Shown here: positions 26,836 through 43,261 of the stretch, in pieces
Numbering within the stretch: position 1 is the stretch's first letter
How the letters are laid out: each line of letters starts with the position of its first letter
Source: the human T2T-CHM13v2.0 reference genome, Homo sapiens
Reading direction: 5' to 3' (one strand)
NCBI RefSeq assembly: GCF_009914755.1
Contig: NC_060927.1
DNA length: 64,000 nt
Notes under the pieces: generated by a model
What the model saw: only the letters and a program-made list of their open reading frames with translations
The model's database searches: none
Told to the model about the DNA's origin: nothing
Program-made: the position numbers and the translations under genes

Positions 26836-28264
26836 CCTAGTGAGTTATGATAAAACTGACCTTTGTTAGAGACAGGATAGAGAGGGAGAAAAAATAATGG
26901 CTATCAGAGTGCTCTTTATTAAGACCACTATGGACTATAATTTACTTAAGAAATGTCATTTCACATCAATGAGGTTGTCAAGAAGGAACAAGTAGCCTAT
27001 GGAATTTTACTGGTGTTTCTTAGAAATTCAAGATACTTGCTTATTTTATTTCTTCATAATATGAATATTTTTCTAGTGTCCCCAGGTTCCTGGAAACTTT
27101 TAGTTTAAAAGTTGGACTTATAAAACTTTATAGTTATTTGTAGGTTCCATAGACATGGGTTACTTCTAGAGAGACTTGATCTTAGCTACTGTCACTATTA
27201 TAAGGATTTTGAGAGGATTGCTGGCTTTTTAAACTACATAAATTACATTTTCTATTTTTATATTTATCATGTTTTATTTTGTTGCATTTCAATTACTTTA
27301 TCAGCTAATTTAGCTTGATTTATACTGGTTCAGAATCTCAAGCAACACATTTCAGATTAAGCTGAGATTTGAAAAACTATTTCTGACAATCATTGTGTCA
27401 CATAGTATCGGTATGCATAGATTTTTGTTTGCCTTTAAGCACATTCACTGACAGCACTAACTCAGATTTTAAACACATTTCAATTTCTGTAATTGTGTTG
27501 ATGGTTCAGAACAGCTTTTTGAGGCTCATTTAGCAGGCCATAAGGTGTTTGTTTATAGGTGCTGATGGGGAACTAATAAAAGGTAGTTGTAACCAAAAAA
27601 TGAAAATATTTAGCCTGTACTTTAACATGCACTGAACATATTAAAGTATATTGATTTAGATAACTGAATTCGGTTGAATTATGATTATGTTCTGAGTATG
27701 TATTTGGCCAATGAAAATTTAAATTTATTTAAATAAAAAAGTCAGAACAAAAATTATATCAATTGTCCTTTCTCTTAACATATAAAAATGTCTAATACAA
27801 TTACACATTGATTATTTTAATGCAATATAACATAGTTGGAGGGAGATAATACTATTCATGTTATAACTGTAAACCCAACACCACCTTTATATTGTTCTAT
27901 GTATTATCTGTTACTATTACAGAATTCCAGTAAAAGTGGGCACACAATTTGTAAGAGAATTTTCAAGGCTTAATCATTGCTAGTGAAGGCAAGACTGAAA
28001 TCAAGATAATGAAATCAAGAATGAAGTGATCCTTCTGGAAAAGTTCACAGTTCAGTTCCCACACACTGTATCTCTCTATTAGTAAATGACGGATTGCAAA
28101 TGGGAAGGAGATCGAAATTTTAAATGTATGCAATTCATGAAATGAGAAAGAGGACTTACAACATTTCTTCCAGCCACCATTAATTATTATCATAATCATC
28201 ATAAATATCATTAGTTATTTTAAATATAATGTATAATATAATAATTATCAATATTATTATTATT

Positions 28265-28490
28265 CCTAAAGTGTATTATTTGTTATGTTGCTGGCACTTC
28301 TCTAAATGCTTTAGTCCTTACAATGGATCTATCAGAAACATGCAATTATTATCTTCATTTTATTTACAGATAAGCAATCTGAATTGTAATGAGGTTAAAT
28401 AATTTGCCCAAAGTCACATAGGTGATAGACTGAGCTGAATTTGAGTTCAGACCATTGAGCTCTAAAGTTTTGTTAATAACTGTGCTATAT
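28265..28490 (-). mobile_element. MIR SINE
   Basis: ttacagataagcaatctga...gaggttaaataatttgcccaaagtcacatag...gagctgaatttgagttcagac. Confidence 0.82.
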
Positions 28491-29180
28491 AGCTGTGTGT
28501 GTGGTTGAGGCAGCTCCATCTTGATGTATGTCCAAGCTAACACTTCTACTGTGTTTCATACCTATGACATTTAGAGGCACCCATGTATTTTTAAGACCTT
28601 TGTCTGTTAGCGTTTTGGTGAGGGACAGGGGAAGGCATTAGACCAAAATATTAAATGTATCTCCCTGTAATCTAGATCTATTTATCCTAGTTTTCCCACA
28701 CAGTGTAGTACCAAACCCCCTGAAATCATATATTTGAAAATAGCTAACTTCATATCCCTTGATTCTTTTTTAAATTGTAGTTTTTTATATTGACAAATCA
28801 TAGTCATATATAAATTTATGTGGTACAAAGTGATGTTATGATACATGGATACATGTAGACAGTGTATAGTGACTGAATCAAACTAGTTAATATATCCATC
28901 ATCTCAAATGCTTATCATTTATTCCTCTTGTGTAACTGAAACTTTGCACCCTTTGATCGACATCTCCCAATTCTTCCCTGCCCCTAAATTCTGGTAACCA
29001 ACATTGTATGCTTTGCTTCTATGAGTTTAATAGTTTTACATTTCACATGTAAGTGACAACATGTGGTATTTGTCTTTCTGTACCTGGCTTATTTCAGTTA
29101 GCATGTCTTCCAGGTTCATCCATGTTGTTGCAAATGACAACATACCTTTCTTATTTATGACTGAATAGTATTCCATTGGC

Positions 29181-29218
<38 letters not shown>

Positions 29219-29348
29219 ATATGCATATATATGTGTATATATATGTATATATGTATATATATGTGTGTATATATGTGTATATATGTGTGTATATATGTGT
29301 ATATATGTGTATATATATGTGTGTGTGTATATATATGTATATATATAT
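29181..29348. repeat. Compound (TA)n/(TG)n microsatellite within L1MA
   Basis: ~168 bp of alternating purine-pyrimidine. Confidence 0.95.
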
Positions 29349-29914
29349 TCACTATTGTGAATAATGCTACAATGACATGAACATGAACATGAAAATGATG
29401 ATATCTCTTTGAGACACTCCTTTTATTTCATTTGGATATATACCTAGGATTGGGTTTGTTGGAATATATGGTCATTGTATTTTTAACTTTTTGAGGGATC
29501 TCCACACTCTTTTCCATAATGGCTGTACCAATTTACATTCCCACCAGAAATGTACAACGGTTCCTTTTCTCCACATCCTCACCAACACTTATCTTTTGTC
29601 TTTCTGATAATAACCATTCTGACAGTCATGAGGGGATATCTCATTGTAGTTTTAATTTGTGTTTCCCTGATGATTAGTGATATTGAGAATTTTTTCACTT
29701 CTCTGTTGGCCATCAGTATGTCTTCTTTGGAAAAATATCTATTCAAGTCCCTTGCTCATTTTTAAGTTATGCTATTTGTTTTCCTGCTATTGAATTGTTT
29801 AACTTTCTTATATATTTTGGATACTAGCTCTTTACCAAATATATGGATTGAAAATATTTTCTCCTAATTCATACATCTTTTCTCTATTAATTGTTTCTTT
29901 TTTGTGCAAAACTG

Positions 29915-30078
29915 TTTTTTGTTTATTTGTTTTTTGACACAGGGTCTCTCTCTGTCACCCAGGCTGGAGTGCAGTGACATGATTATAGCTCACTGCAACC
30001 TTGTTCTCCTGGGCTCAAGCAGCCCTTCCAACTGAGCTTCCTGAGTAGCTGAGACTATAAGTCCATGACACCACAGCC

Positions 30079-30109
<31 letters not shown>

Positions 30110-30227
30110 GTAGAGATGTGGTCTTGCTATGTTGCCCTGGCAGGTCTCAAACTTTTGACCTCAACTGACCCTCCTGCCTCAGCCTCCCAAAGTGCAAGGA
30201 TTACAGGGGTGAGCCAATGCACCTGCC
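29915..30227 (-). mobile_element. AluJ (Jo/Jr-like) SINE inside L1MA
   Basis: ACAGGGTCTCTCTCTGTCACCCAGG...ATAGCTCACTGCAACC...CCTGGGCTCAAGC...GTCTTGCTATGTTGCCC; expanded T linker. Confidence 0.93.
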
Positions 30228-32224
30228 AAAAGGGTTTTTTGTGTTTGTTTTTTTATTTTGTTTTAGTTTGACATAATACCATTTGTCTATTTTTGCTTTT
30301 GTTACCTGAACTTTTGGGGTCAAATACAAAAAAATAATTGCCTAGACCAATGTCATGTAGCTTTTCCTCTCTATTTTCTTCTAGTATTTTTACAATTGCA
30401 AGGATCATATCCATATATTTTATCCATTTTTAGTTGATTTTTTAATATGATGTGAGATTCTTTTTAGTTACTATAGCTTTGGAATATAGCTTGAAGTGAG
30501 GTAGTGTAGTGCCTCCAACTTTGTACCTTTTGCGCAAGATTGGACTATTTGGGAAGTTTTTTGTGGTTCTATATGAACTTTAAGATTTTTTTTTCCTATT
30601 TCTGTGAAATATGTCATTGGAATTTTGTTAGAGATTGTATTGAATCTGTGGATTGCTTTGGGTATTATGAACATTTTAACATTATCAATTCTTCCAATAT
30701 GTTTTCTTCAATTTCCCTTATCAATGTTCTATAGTTTTCATTATACTGATCTTTTGCCTCCCGGTTAGATTTATTCCTAAGTATTTTTTTTTTGTAATTA
30801 TTGTAAATGGAAATGTTTTCTTGATTTCTTTTTCAGGTAGTTCATTGTTCGTGACTTATATATCTTTCTCTTGCCTAATTGCTCTGACAAGGACTTCCAG
30901 TACTCTAGTGAATAGATGTGGTGAGAGTGGGCATCCTTGTCTGTTCTTGATCTTAGAAAAAAAGCTTTTAACTTTTTTCTGGTGAGTATAATGTTAGTTG
31001 TGGGCTTGTCATATATGGCCTTTATTGTGTTAAGGTATATACCTTCTATATCTAATTTGTTGAGGGTGTTTATCATAAAAGGATATTGGATTTTGTTAAA
31101 TTCTTTTTCTGCATTTAATGAGATCATGTTTTTTGTCCTGCATTTGTTAACATGGTGTATCACATTTATAGGTTTGTGTGTATCAAACCACCCTCGGATC
31201 CCGGTGATAAATTCCACTTGACTATAGTCAACGATCCTTTTAGTGTGCTGTAGAATTCAGTTTGTTAGGATTTTGTTGAGGACATTTGCATCTATGTTGA
31301 TCAATCATATGCCTTGATTTTTGTATTTTCCAAGCTAAGAAGCTTCCTATTTTGATAGAGTTTGAGTCCTATTATTTCTTACTTTGTTGACAGAGCATGA
31401 GGCCCAACATAGGTCAAACAATTATACTCTTTTCATTATATTTAAAAACAAACTTTATTTTAAAGTGCTGCTTTGGTCACTGTGCGGCCACCCTCAAAGT
31501 GAGACTGTTTCCCTTTATTTTTCAAGCCCTTCAGCTTTCTGCCTTCACACTACGTTGCCATCATAAGTATTATTGTTCAATTTTCTACCATGTTACTCTT
31601 CAAACATCAGTGTTTCCTGTACTATGATTGATGATGTCTCTCCATGTTCTTAGGAAGTTCCTTTGACATTCTTTGTCCATAGTTGCTTGTGTGCCCCATT
31701 TCCTAAAATTTTCATTGTAGGATCAACGCCATCTGGAAGAATGGAGTTTGCATGAGAATTACTTTAATTATGTTTGATTAATTCTCCTTTAGAGCCTCAG
31801 AACTTTTTCCCTTTAATATCAAGCAAAGCTTGAGATGCAGATTGAGCATTGGGTTATCTAAGTAAATATAAGATAGGGATATTACAACTAAGTTAAATCT
31901 ACAGATAATGAACTAAATTCATTTTACCTAATTGTTTACCCTCTACTGCAGCTTTTAGCAGTGTTGTGACTATTTAGTACATTAATTAATTAAATTTTAA
32001 TTTTAACTAAATTACTTTTTATCATGATCTCTTTCCTTCTCCGGAAGTACTGAGGGGTACTGAAATTTCGCCACCAAGATAAAGCAATAACATGAAGTTG
32101 GAAAGTCCCATATATGTACAACTGTCCCTAAATAAGTGAAGATAATTAAAGTTACTTCCTCTTTGTAGTGCTTTATAGATTTTTGTAGTTAATGCTTTGG
32201 AGTTTTAACCTGCAGTTTACTGCT

Positions 32225-32480
32225 AGTGTATAATAGAGAAAGTCTTAGCTTTGGAGCATTACTAATTTAGTTTGAATACTGACTGGCATTTACTAGCTAT
32301 ATTCCCTTAGGCAAGTTACCGAACCTCTGATTCAACTTTTGAATTTTCTCTTGAACAAGGCAAGGATAACACCTTCATTGCCAAACTTATTCCAAAAACT
32401 AAATGAGATAATGCACGTTAAGCACCATGTTTATCAAATAATTGCCCCACCACAAATAATAGTTTATTGTCATTTAAATT
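32225..32480 (+). mobile_element. MIR SINE
   Basis: catttactagctatattcccttaggcaagttaccgaacctctga...ggataacacct...aaatgagataatgcacgttaagcac. Confidence 0.8.
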
Positions 32481-32699
32481 ACTATACGATAGGTTGTATA
32501 TTTTGGTTGTTGTTGAGGACTCCTGTTTCTTTTGCCTGTGAGCATTGTACAAATGAGAGATAGCAAAATTATTTGCTGCTTCTTGACTCTGGGGAGTGAT
32601 GTTTACTTTCTGAAACATAGCTATTGCCTGTGACATGCTATGCTGGGAAGATACTCTGATGCAAGGCAGAATGAAAACCTATAAAACAATTCAAAGCCC

Positions 32700-33335
32700 T
32701 ATTAAATGGTGTACTTGTGATACCACATACAATTATTTCCATTCTGATAAATTGGGATGACTACTTGATCCTATCTATACAGCTGAAGATGCATATATCC
32801 TATAACCTAGCAATTCTACTCCTAATTGTATGCCCTGAAGAGACTTGTCTACATATGCACAAGATGTATGCAAAATACTTTTAACAGTGTAGTTTATAAA
32901 AGAAAAATGTAAATCACCCTAAATAGGTAAGTGGTAGTATATCCACACAATGATGAAGAAAATGTATGAAGTAGATTGGATAATTATCATAAATATAAAT
33001 TGAATTAAAAAAACTATTTAGAAGAAAGCATGCATCATGATGTATTTATATAAAGTTTTAAAATATGCAAAGCAGTATTTTATAGATATGTGGTATAGAT
33101 ATGTACATATGCATAAAAGCATAAATCCATGCATGGAGATAATTAATATTAAATCTAGAATAGTGGTTATCTTTGATGTGGAAGGAAGATTATGATCGTG
33201 GCACTGGGAATGTCTTATTTCTTAAGCTAGTATTTTTTGTATAATTATTTTGATATAATTGTATAAGCTTTTTTATATAATTATTTTATATAATTATATA
33301 AGCCTTTTGTATATCTAAAATATTTAATAAAATAA
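32700..33335 (+). mobile_element. Old L1 (L1ME-type) 3' fragment
   Basis: gcatatatcctataacctagcaattctactccta...gtggtagtatatccacacaatg...agaatagtggttatct. Confidence 0.75.
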
Positions 33336-34681
33336 TGTAGTTCAATATATCAATTATAAATAGCCAAAAAACAAGCCCTCAAAACTTGCAATTTTTTTCT
33401 GTTCTTATCTCTATTTTACTTTCATCATTCTTTTAAAATTTATATTTTCACATACTTATTGCTTTTAATTTGAAAATGTTAACATTCTACATTATATTTA
33501 TTGGGTAAAATTTCAGTATCAAATTTTGGAAAAGTCATCCAGTATTCACTCCTAGTAACCTAACTTTGTATTTCTTCCAACCTAATTGCTTAACAGCTGG
33601 AGGTGTCAGTCAGCAACATTAAATGGCATAACTTTGTAAGGCATCAGTTTAAATATTTGACCACTTGAGTGATGTACGACATATTGTACATGTTGAAGAG
33701 ATGAACTCAGGGAACTAAAAGGAAGAAAATTGCCTTATTTGTAGTGTCAGTCTTCATTATACAATAATCTTACATATTACCCCTATAGATCCTGAGAGAA
33801 TTCTCTTCTTCATGTGGCATTTCAGCTGCAACTTTGACCTTCACTTTGTCACACAGGAATCCCAGGAACCAGTCAAGAACTGACTGCAAAACCTTCATCA
33901 GATGTTCTTACTCTTTCCTTACAATCATATCTTATATTTCCCATGACTTAAAAACAATGATAGTTTGGCTAATTTAAAAATATAAAACATCTAATTTTAA
34001 AACAAATGCCCTCTTTTGTTTAAATCATTTTGAAAACAACCAGGATTAGAAAGTAGCGACTATCCATTGTTGTAAAATTTTACTTTATAGAAAGAGATAA
34101 AGAGATTTACACCTAAAGAGGTAAACTGTTTCTTTGTTAAATATAGCTTGTTTTTACTTTACTACCTTTGAATTTTGACGTCAAGTGCAGAAAACTGTCT
34201 GGCAAAATGTTCTAATACTTGCTTGATTTGTCACACTGTGGTGGTCATGTGACCTTTTTGTCACATTGTGAAATTCTTTGAACTGTTTATCCCTGAAGAA
34301 CTGGTTTTCTTTCCCATCTCTCTTCCATCTCAGTAGGTGGTATACATTACAGATTCTGTTCAAACTAATTAACATCTCAAATTTGCCTTTCTCGAGTGCT
34401 CAGAGCCCTGGTAGTTTTATTTCATGCAATAGGGAAAATAATAATAATAATAATTTTCCTCATCTTGCGAGAGCAAATAGTATAATGAAAAAAGATTATC
34501 TTAACAATCCTTTAGTTCACTATTTCATTTTCTGTCTTTTATTTTATAATAAATAAAATCAAATTCAAAAAGCTAGGTGATTTCAGAGAGCCAGTATTTC
34601 TGGTAGACACTGCAATTGTCAAGGCCCTGATGACTGGATTGACCCTCATCTAGGGGAGGGATTCCTACATTTTACTGACAG

Positions 34682-34860
34682 CTGTTCATTCACTTATTCA
34701 TTAGTTCACATATTTATTTGATCATTCATTAAGTTCATAAACACTTTATAAACATCTACCATGCTTCTTATAATTGTTGCCTTGCAGGAAGTAGCAGAAA
34801 GGGAATAATCATAGATACAAGTGAGTTCATGACTATAGGAAGTGCTGTAACAGAAGCATT
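34682..34860 (-). mobile_element. L2 3' end fragment
   Basis: ttcattcacttattcattagttca...aaacactttataaacatctaccatg. Confidence 0.6.
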
Positions 34861-35809
34861 GATAAAAAGGTTTACTGACTCAAGGGTGTTTATTTCCTAT
34901 CGTTGTCGATTCCAGCATTTACATTTATTTTATATTGCTTTTAGTTTTATGATGTTTTCCAACTTTTCATTTATTCAAACCCTAATATTGTAAGCTTTAG
35001 GTTTGAATCTCTGTTTTCCTCAAGCTTTTATTTTTTGTTCCCGCAAGTCTTTAATTATGGCCAACACACTGTAGATTGTAGAACAAAGTGCTTCCAAATG
35101 ATTATTTTATTATGTATGTATATGTCACTCAAAATATATAAAGACTAAAAATGTTTATTCTTCATTTGAAGACACATCTTTTTTTTTAAATTCTCTTTAA
35201 ATATGCTAGGCAAGTATAAGTAATTAATCTTGGTTTGACTATCCCATTAAGATATGTGAGAATGATCTCACCAGCAGAATATGGAACCACTCAGAAAGCA
35301 TTGGCTGCCTCCCATATTATGGGCCAAGCACCACTCTGGGCTCTAAGTGCAATGAAGTGACTATAAAAATGAGTGAACATGATCCTTGCCTACAAGGAGC
35401 AAATAAACACATTATTAATGAGAAGTGTAAGTGTTTTAATTGCACATACCCTCTTGTAATGCCAGCTCGTTTCTTCTCCATTTTTCCTGTACGTATTTTC
35501 TCTGGTTAATAGGTATTTCTTCAGTGATCTGAGTTCATGAATATGCTGTTAGCCGTTGTGGATTATTGCAACAAACTGATTCTAGGTGAGAAAGGCTTAA
35601 TGCTCCACACATCCAAAGCTCTTTTCATTCTGCAATACATGTTGTTGATTATGTTATTAACTCTTTTTCTATCATGAATTTTGACAGAATGAGTATTCTG
35701 ATATGTAGTTTTGACCTGTAATACCTGGCAGCAGTGATAAAGTGATGATACTTGACCTATTACAAACAAAAGAAAAATACTATATAGATCTTAAAATACA
35801 AATTGTATT

Positions 35810-38802
<2,993 letters not shown>

Positions 38803-40444
38803 TCCCAAATATTATAGCCAATTCAGGCACATTCAAATAGTTGAGGCAATAAAAACTGAATATAGTCAAGTAATCAGGAATTGGTAGAAGTGTTGAGCCT
38901 TTATGGAAGGCATCACAAATTCATTGTAGAGCAGAGTTGGATCAATATTTGTATAAAGGGTAACATAGGATATACTGGTCAAGGAAATGTTCTAATTTTG
39001 GAAGGAGGAGATTGGAGAGAACAGAGGGACAGTTGTCAAAAATGATGTCAGGGATTTGTCTCCATGTGGTATCCACAATACTAACCCCAGAAAGCACCCC
39101 CTGAATGATATATTTGTGAGAAATATTTGATGGAAGCAGAGAGAAGAGAAGCTTAACTCTGTCAAGGATATTAGGAGAGGCTTTGCTGAGCGATAAAGTT
39201 TATTTGATCCCCAAAAGATATAATGTACGCATTTTGGTTTTATTTTATAGCAAGCATAGTTTTGGGGAGATAATGTGTAAGGCTAAACGTTTTGTGTAAC
39301 AAATATTCTCACTGATTTCTTTAAGAAGTTTGTGGAAAACACAAAACTAATTAGATCACACTTAAAATCTTCAAGTAAGACAGTTCTTATCTATTTCTAA
39401 GAAAATAATAGGTTTAAGAGTATCCCCATGGAAAGCTTCTCCAACAGTGATTTACTTTACATTATTGTATAATCAGTGATCTCCCAAATAAACACATTTG
39501 TTCTCCCCAAAATGAAATAATTTTAAGGTCCATTCTAAAAATAAAGCCTGAAAGTGGCAGTTAGCTATATAATTGATTAATTTATTTGGGAATAAAACTT
39601 ATTTGAGGTGTGCATGTTTTAATTTCCCTTTTATTATTCCTAAAATAGGTAAAACAAATATCAAACACTTTGGGCTTTACTGGAGTGTTCCTGGAAATTG
39701 TTGCAAGATGTACTTCATCTTGTGGCAAGACAAATTTTAGAGGAAAAATCTCAGAACTAACATATAGTTATTTATAAATAAAGTAAAGCTAGTTTTCAAA
39801 GCAGTGTTTTACTATTGAACAAAACTCCACCTTTACCATCAGAAAAATAAACTTGCTGTCTTAGATTTTTATAAGATTCAGTGCAGTGATTTTTAAAATA
39901 AAATTCTTATGCTATGAATAGTATATGCTCTACCATTTCACTCATAAATCCGTTTGTCGTATTAGTTTCATAGAAGGTCAGTTTTTACCTTTTCACATTC
40001 TAATAAATTACTACAAGTCTGTTTAATGTATTTGTGTTGTCATTTTCTAGATTAGCAGCTAAAATTTGGTTCACAATGTGGAGAGCATTCATTAATTTGC
40101 CTCCTGAGTTTCAAATGGATTGGCTACCAAAGGTAGAAAATTGTTAATTAATTTTCTCAGTGGGAAAAATCTATGGCATGGATTTTAATTATGACAACAG
40201 TCACTACTTTCAAATTATTTCTGAATGATGACTAACAACGATGTTAGCCAAATATATCTAGAAACCATTTCCGTTGGCTCCTATCCAATGTATACTCATC
40301 AAATCAGTAGTTGTTTTGTTTATTGAAATAATGCTTTTATGAATGTATTGATAATTTTTAATGTTATCCAAGGCAATTTTGAACTCTAATGATTTTGATC
40401 AGTTTAAAATTTTACGTGTAGCCACAATATGATAAAAAAAACCC

Positions 40445-40590
40445 TGCACATTTTAGAGTTGAAATAGACCTTGGAGATTAACTGATTTATGCTTTTTTTT
40501 TTCAGATACAAAATGAGGCTAAAATAGACCAAGAGACTTTTTCAAATTCACACACTTATCACTGGATTTGAAATGATAAAAGAATACTAC
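40445..40590 (-). mobile_element. MIR (MIR3/c-like) fragment
   Basis: ttttagagttgaaatagaccttggagatta...ttcagatacaaaatgaggct. Confidence 0.55.
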
Positions 40591-40679
40591 TCAGATTGTT
40601 GATGTTTTGAAAGTCGCCTGACTTTTGTAATCTTTATATTTTTAATCTACAAAATGTCAGGGATACTTATTTAAGCAAA

Positions 40680-40875
40680 TGTGGTAGAACAGCAACAAAA
40701 TCAAATGTTAGAAGCCCTACATAGATTCCAGATCTACCACTTACTAGTTGTGTGTTTTTTTTTCAAATTATTTACACTCTCTGAGCCTTGGTTTTCTTAT
40801 TGTAAAATGGGGACCCATGTGCTCACAGAACTACTTTAGGTAGAAGATATAATGATAGATATGAAAGTATTAATT
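40680..40875 (+). mobile_element. MIR SINE
   Basis: tctaccacttactagttgtgtg...tttacactctctgagccttggttttcttattgtaaaatgggg. Confidence 0.82.
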
Positions 40876-42719
40876 TTAGAGGGTTTATCTCAAGGAGAAC
40901 ACAACTATTCCTCTACACGGGCCCTTATGCATGTGTAATGGTCAGGAAGAAGAAAAAAGCAGCCATTCCAAAATTAGCCTACTTTCAGGCCAAAAAATGG
41001 TCTCTGTGAATATCCTACACAGACATTTACTCATTACATACTGTTACGGCCCCCTTTTTATGAAATAGAGGTGAGATAAGAAATAACTTCACCTTTTTCT
41101 CTCTTCTCTTTCACAACATAGCCCTCCCTATCCTTACCCCATTCCATACCCCTCTACCTGTTTCAAATATTAGAGGCAAAGTCTCCAAAAGTACTTAATT
41201 AAAAAACAAAAAACAAAAACAAAACAAAAAACCTCCACTATTCACTGCTTTGTTTAGAGGAGTTTTGGTTCTTTTGCTATTTTATTAATATGCTACTTTG
41301 AATTTCAAACTAGAACAGGTGTTTTTTTGGCTCTGTTTTTAGCAGATAGAAAAGCACTGGACGTTAAGCAAAAGTTTATTTAGAATACAAAAGATAGAAA
41401 AAATATGTGAAAACATTAGTTGCTATTTCATGAAACTTAATGTGACTAAACATAATACCATTAGGACTTTTAACAGACGAAAATAGATAATTTGTGTGCA
41501 AAGTGCTAGCAGCCCTTTCTTGGAGCATAGAAATTACATGTATATCTTCAAGTAACTGAAAAATATATCCGATATGTACGTGTGTTGGTTTGTGAAAACT
41601 GAAGTGCAGAATGTCATTGTAAACAATTTTGTTAAAATATTGTGCTTAAAATTTAATACCTCATGTTATAGAAGCAGATGTTATTATATATGTATATATT
41701 TTTAAATGCTATCATTTTCAAACTAAGACTTTTAATTAAATGATTTTTTACATTGGAACCAAAGTTAACAGGTTGAATGAAATTTTGCTTATGGCATCTG
41801 TTGCCATTTTTAGTAGGTGATTAGTCATTTTCTTTTTCCTGCAAGTATTTGACAGAAACTAAAACAGAGATGAATCATAGTTTCAAGCTGTTGCTCACCT
41901 CATCCCTACCAAAAAGGAGAGCCTTGAAATCATCCCAATCTAAGAACTAAATTCTGAAAATCCCTTAAGGGGCTTGACAGAAGTATTTAGCAATGTGAAA
42001 ATTACAGCAATCTGTCACATCAATTTTAATGAAAGGTAGGCTATATGGAAACATAGATATAATGTAGTAAGAAAAACCCAAGTGAAAATCTCTTTTTGAA
42101 TATATGAAAACATATTTGCCTCTATAAATACTGAGTTGTTATTGGGTCAACTTTTATAGAGGAGGAGTCCTCAATGATCAGGAGTTTATTATGCAGCTTA
42201 GATGAGGTATTTTTAAAATTAATGGCATTAATAATTATGGCTCAGTTGGTGTGTATTCACAATATCATTCTTGTATTAATATATACATTTAAGAATCTTG
42301 TTTTGTTCAAGTTATTAAGATTTTTTTCTATTTAAGGAACCACATCCTTGTAATTCTGAATTAGTTATAATACTAAGAGTATCAAATCATTTAATAATGA
42401 AGTTTTTCCCCAAGAAAACTTTTAAATTTCTTGGGAAGTTTAAAATTATACAAGAGTCATGCCATTTTGTAAGAGTTAAATTTGGCTGGAGTCACCATTT
42501 AATCAATGTAGTATTATTCCCTTAATTATTGAGCTAAGTGGAACTTTAACTTAATTTTTAATTCTCTCTCTCTCTCTCTCTCCCTCCTCTAAGACTATAT
42601 AATTCTTATGAATATGCATATGACCAGGTTAATTCCACATGGAACTATCATTTATGCCAGTAATGATAGTTTATTTGGATGATAATTGAAAGTGCAAGAG
42701 ACTCTAATAATGTCTACTT

Positions 42720-43180
42720 TCCAATCACTTTTTAAATTCATTTAAATATATTTTGGAGAACCTACTGTGTGCCAGGTATTGCTCGGAGTGCTAGGGGAAG
42801 AGACAATGAATAGAACAATCCCCTGATTTTACAACACTTACACTCTAGTGGAAGAAGGGAGACAATAAGCAAATCAATGAGTTAATATATCATATGTTGG
42901 ATGATGAAACGTTATGAAAAAATAAGTTATGGAAAAACAGCCATCCTGAGATGGATCAGGTGGTGAGGAGGGGGTGCTGAATAAATGTTTATATAGGATG
43001 ATATGTAAAGGTAGATATGTAGACCCGAAGGAATAAATGGAAGGGAGGGCATGAGCCATGGGAATAACTATTTGAAAAGTGTTTCAGGCAATACCCTGAG
43101 ATGGGAACATATGTGATTTGTTAAAGAATAGCAAGAGGGTCTGAAGATGATGAATGCAAAGAGGTAAAAAAGAAGCAGAT
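42720..43180 (-). mobile_element. L2a 3' fragment
   Basis: cctactgtgtgccaggtattgct...gacaatgaatagaaca...cttacactctagtgg...gagacaataagcaa. Confidence 0.82.
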
Positions 43181-43261
43181 CGTATATGCATTTTGAGTTA
43201 GGTCTATAGGTCTGTGCTCAAAGATCATCTATCAGAAGGACATTTATATATCAGCCTGTAC

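Larger units (their letters stand above)
28765..31310 (-). mobile_element. L1MA (MA6/7-like) LINE, 5'-truncated, internally deleted, containing an AluJ and a microsatellite
   Basis: Reverse L1MA 3'UTR from ~28765; ORF2 RT remnant in ORF 30798-31217 (NMISLNAEKEFNKIQYPFMI...[12 protein letters not shown]). Confidence 0.92.

Noticed and set aside
29155-29380. IY/VC-repeat ORFs (also 22175-22444, 53668-53862)
   Set aside because: Translations of microsatellites
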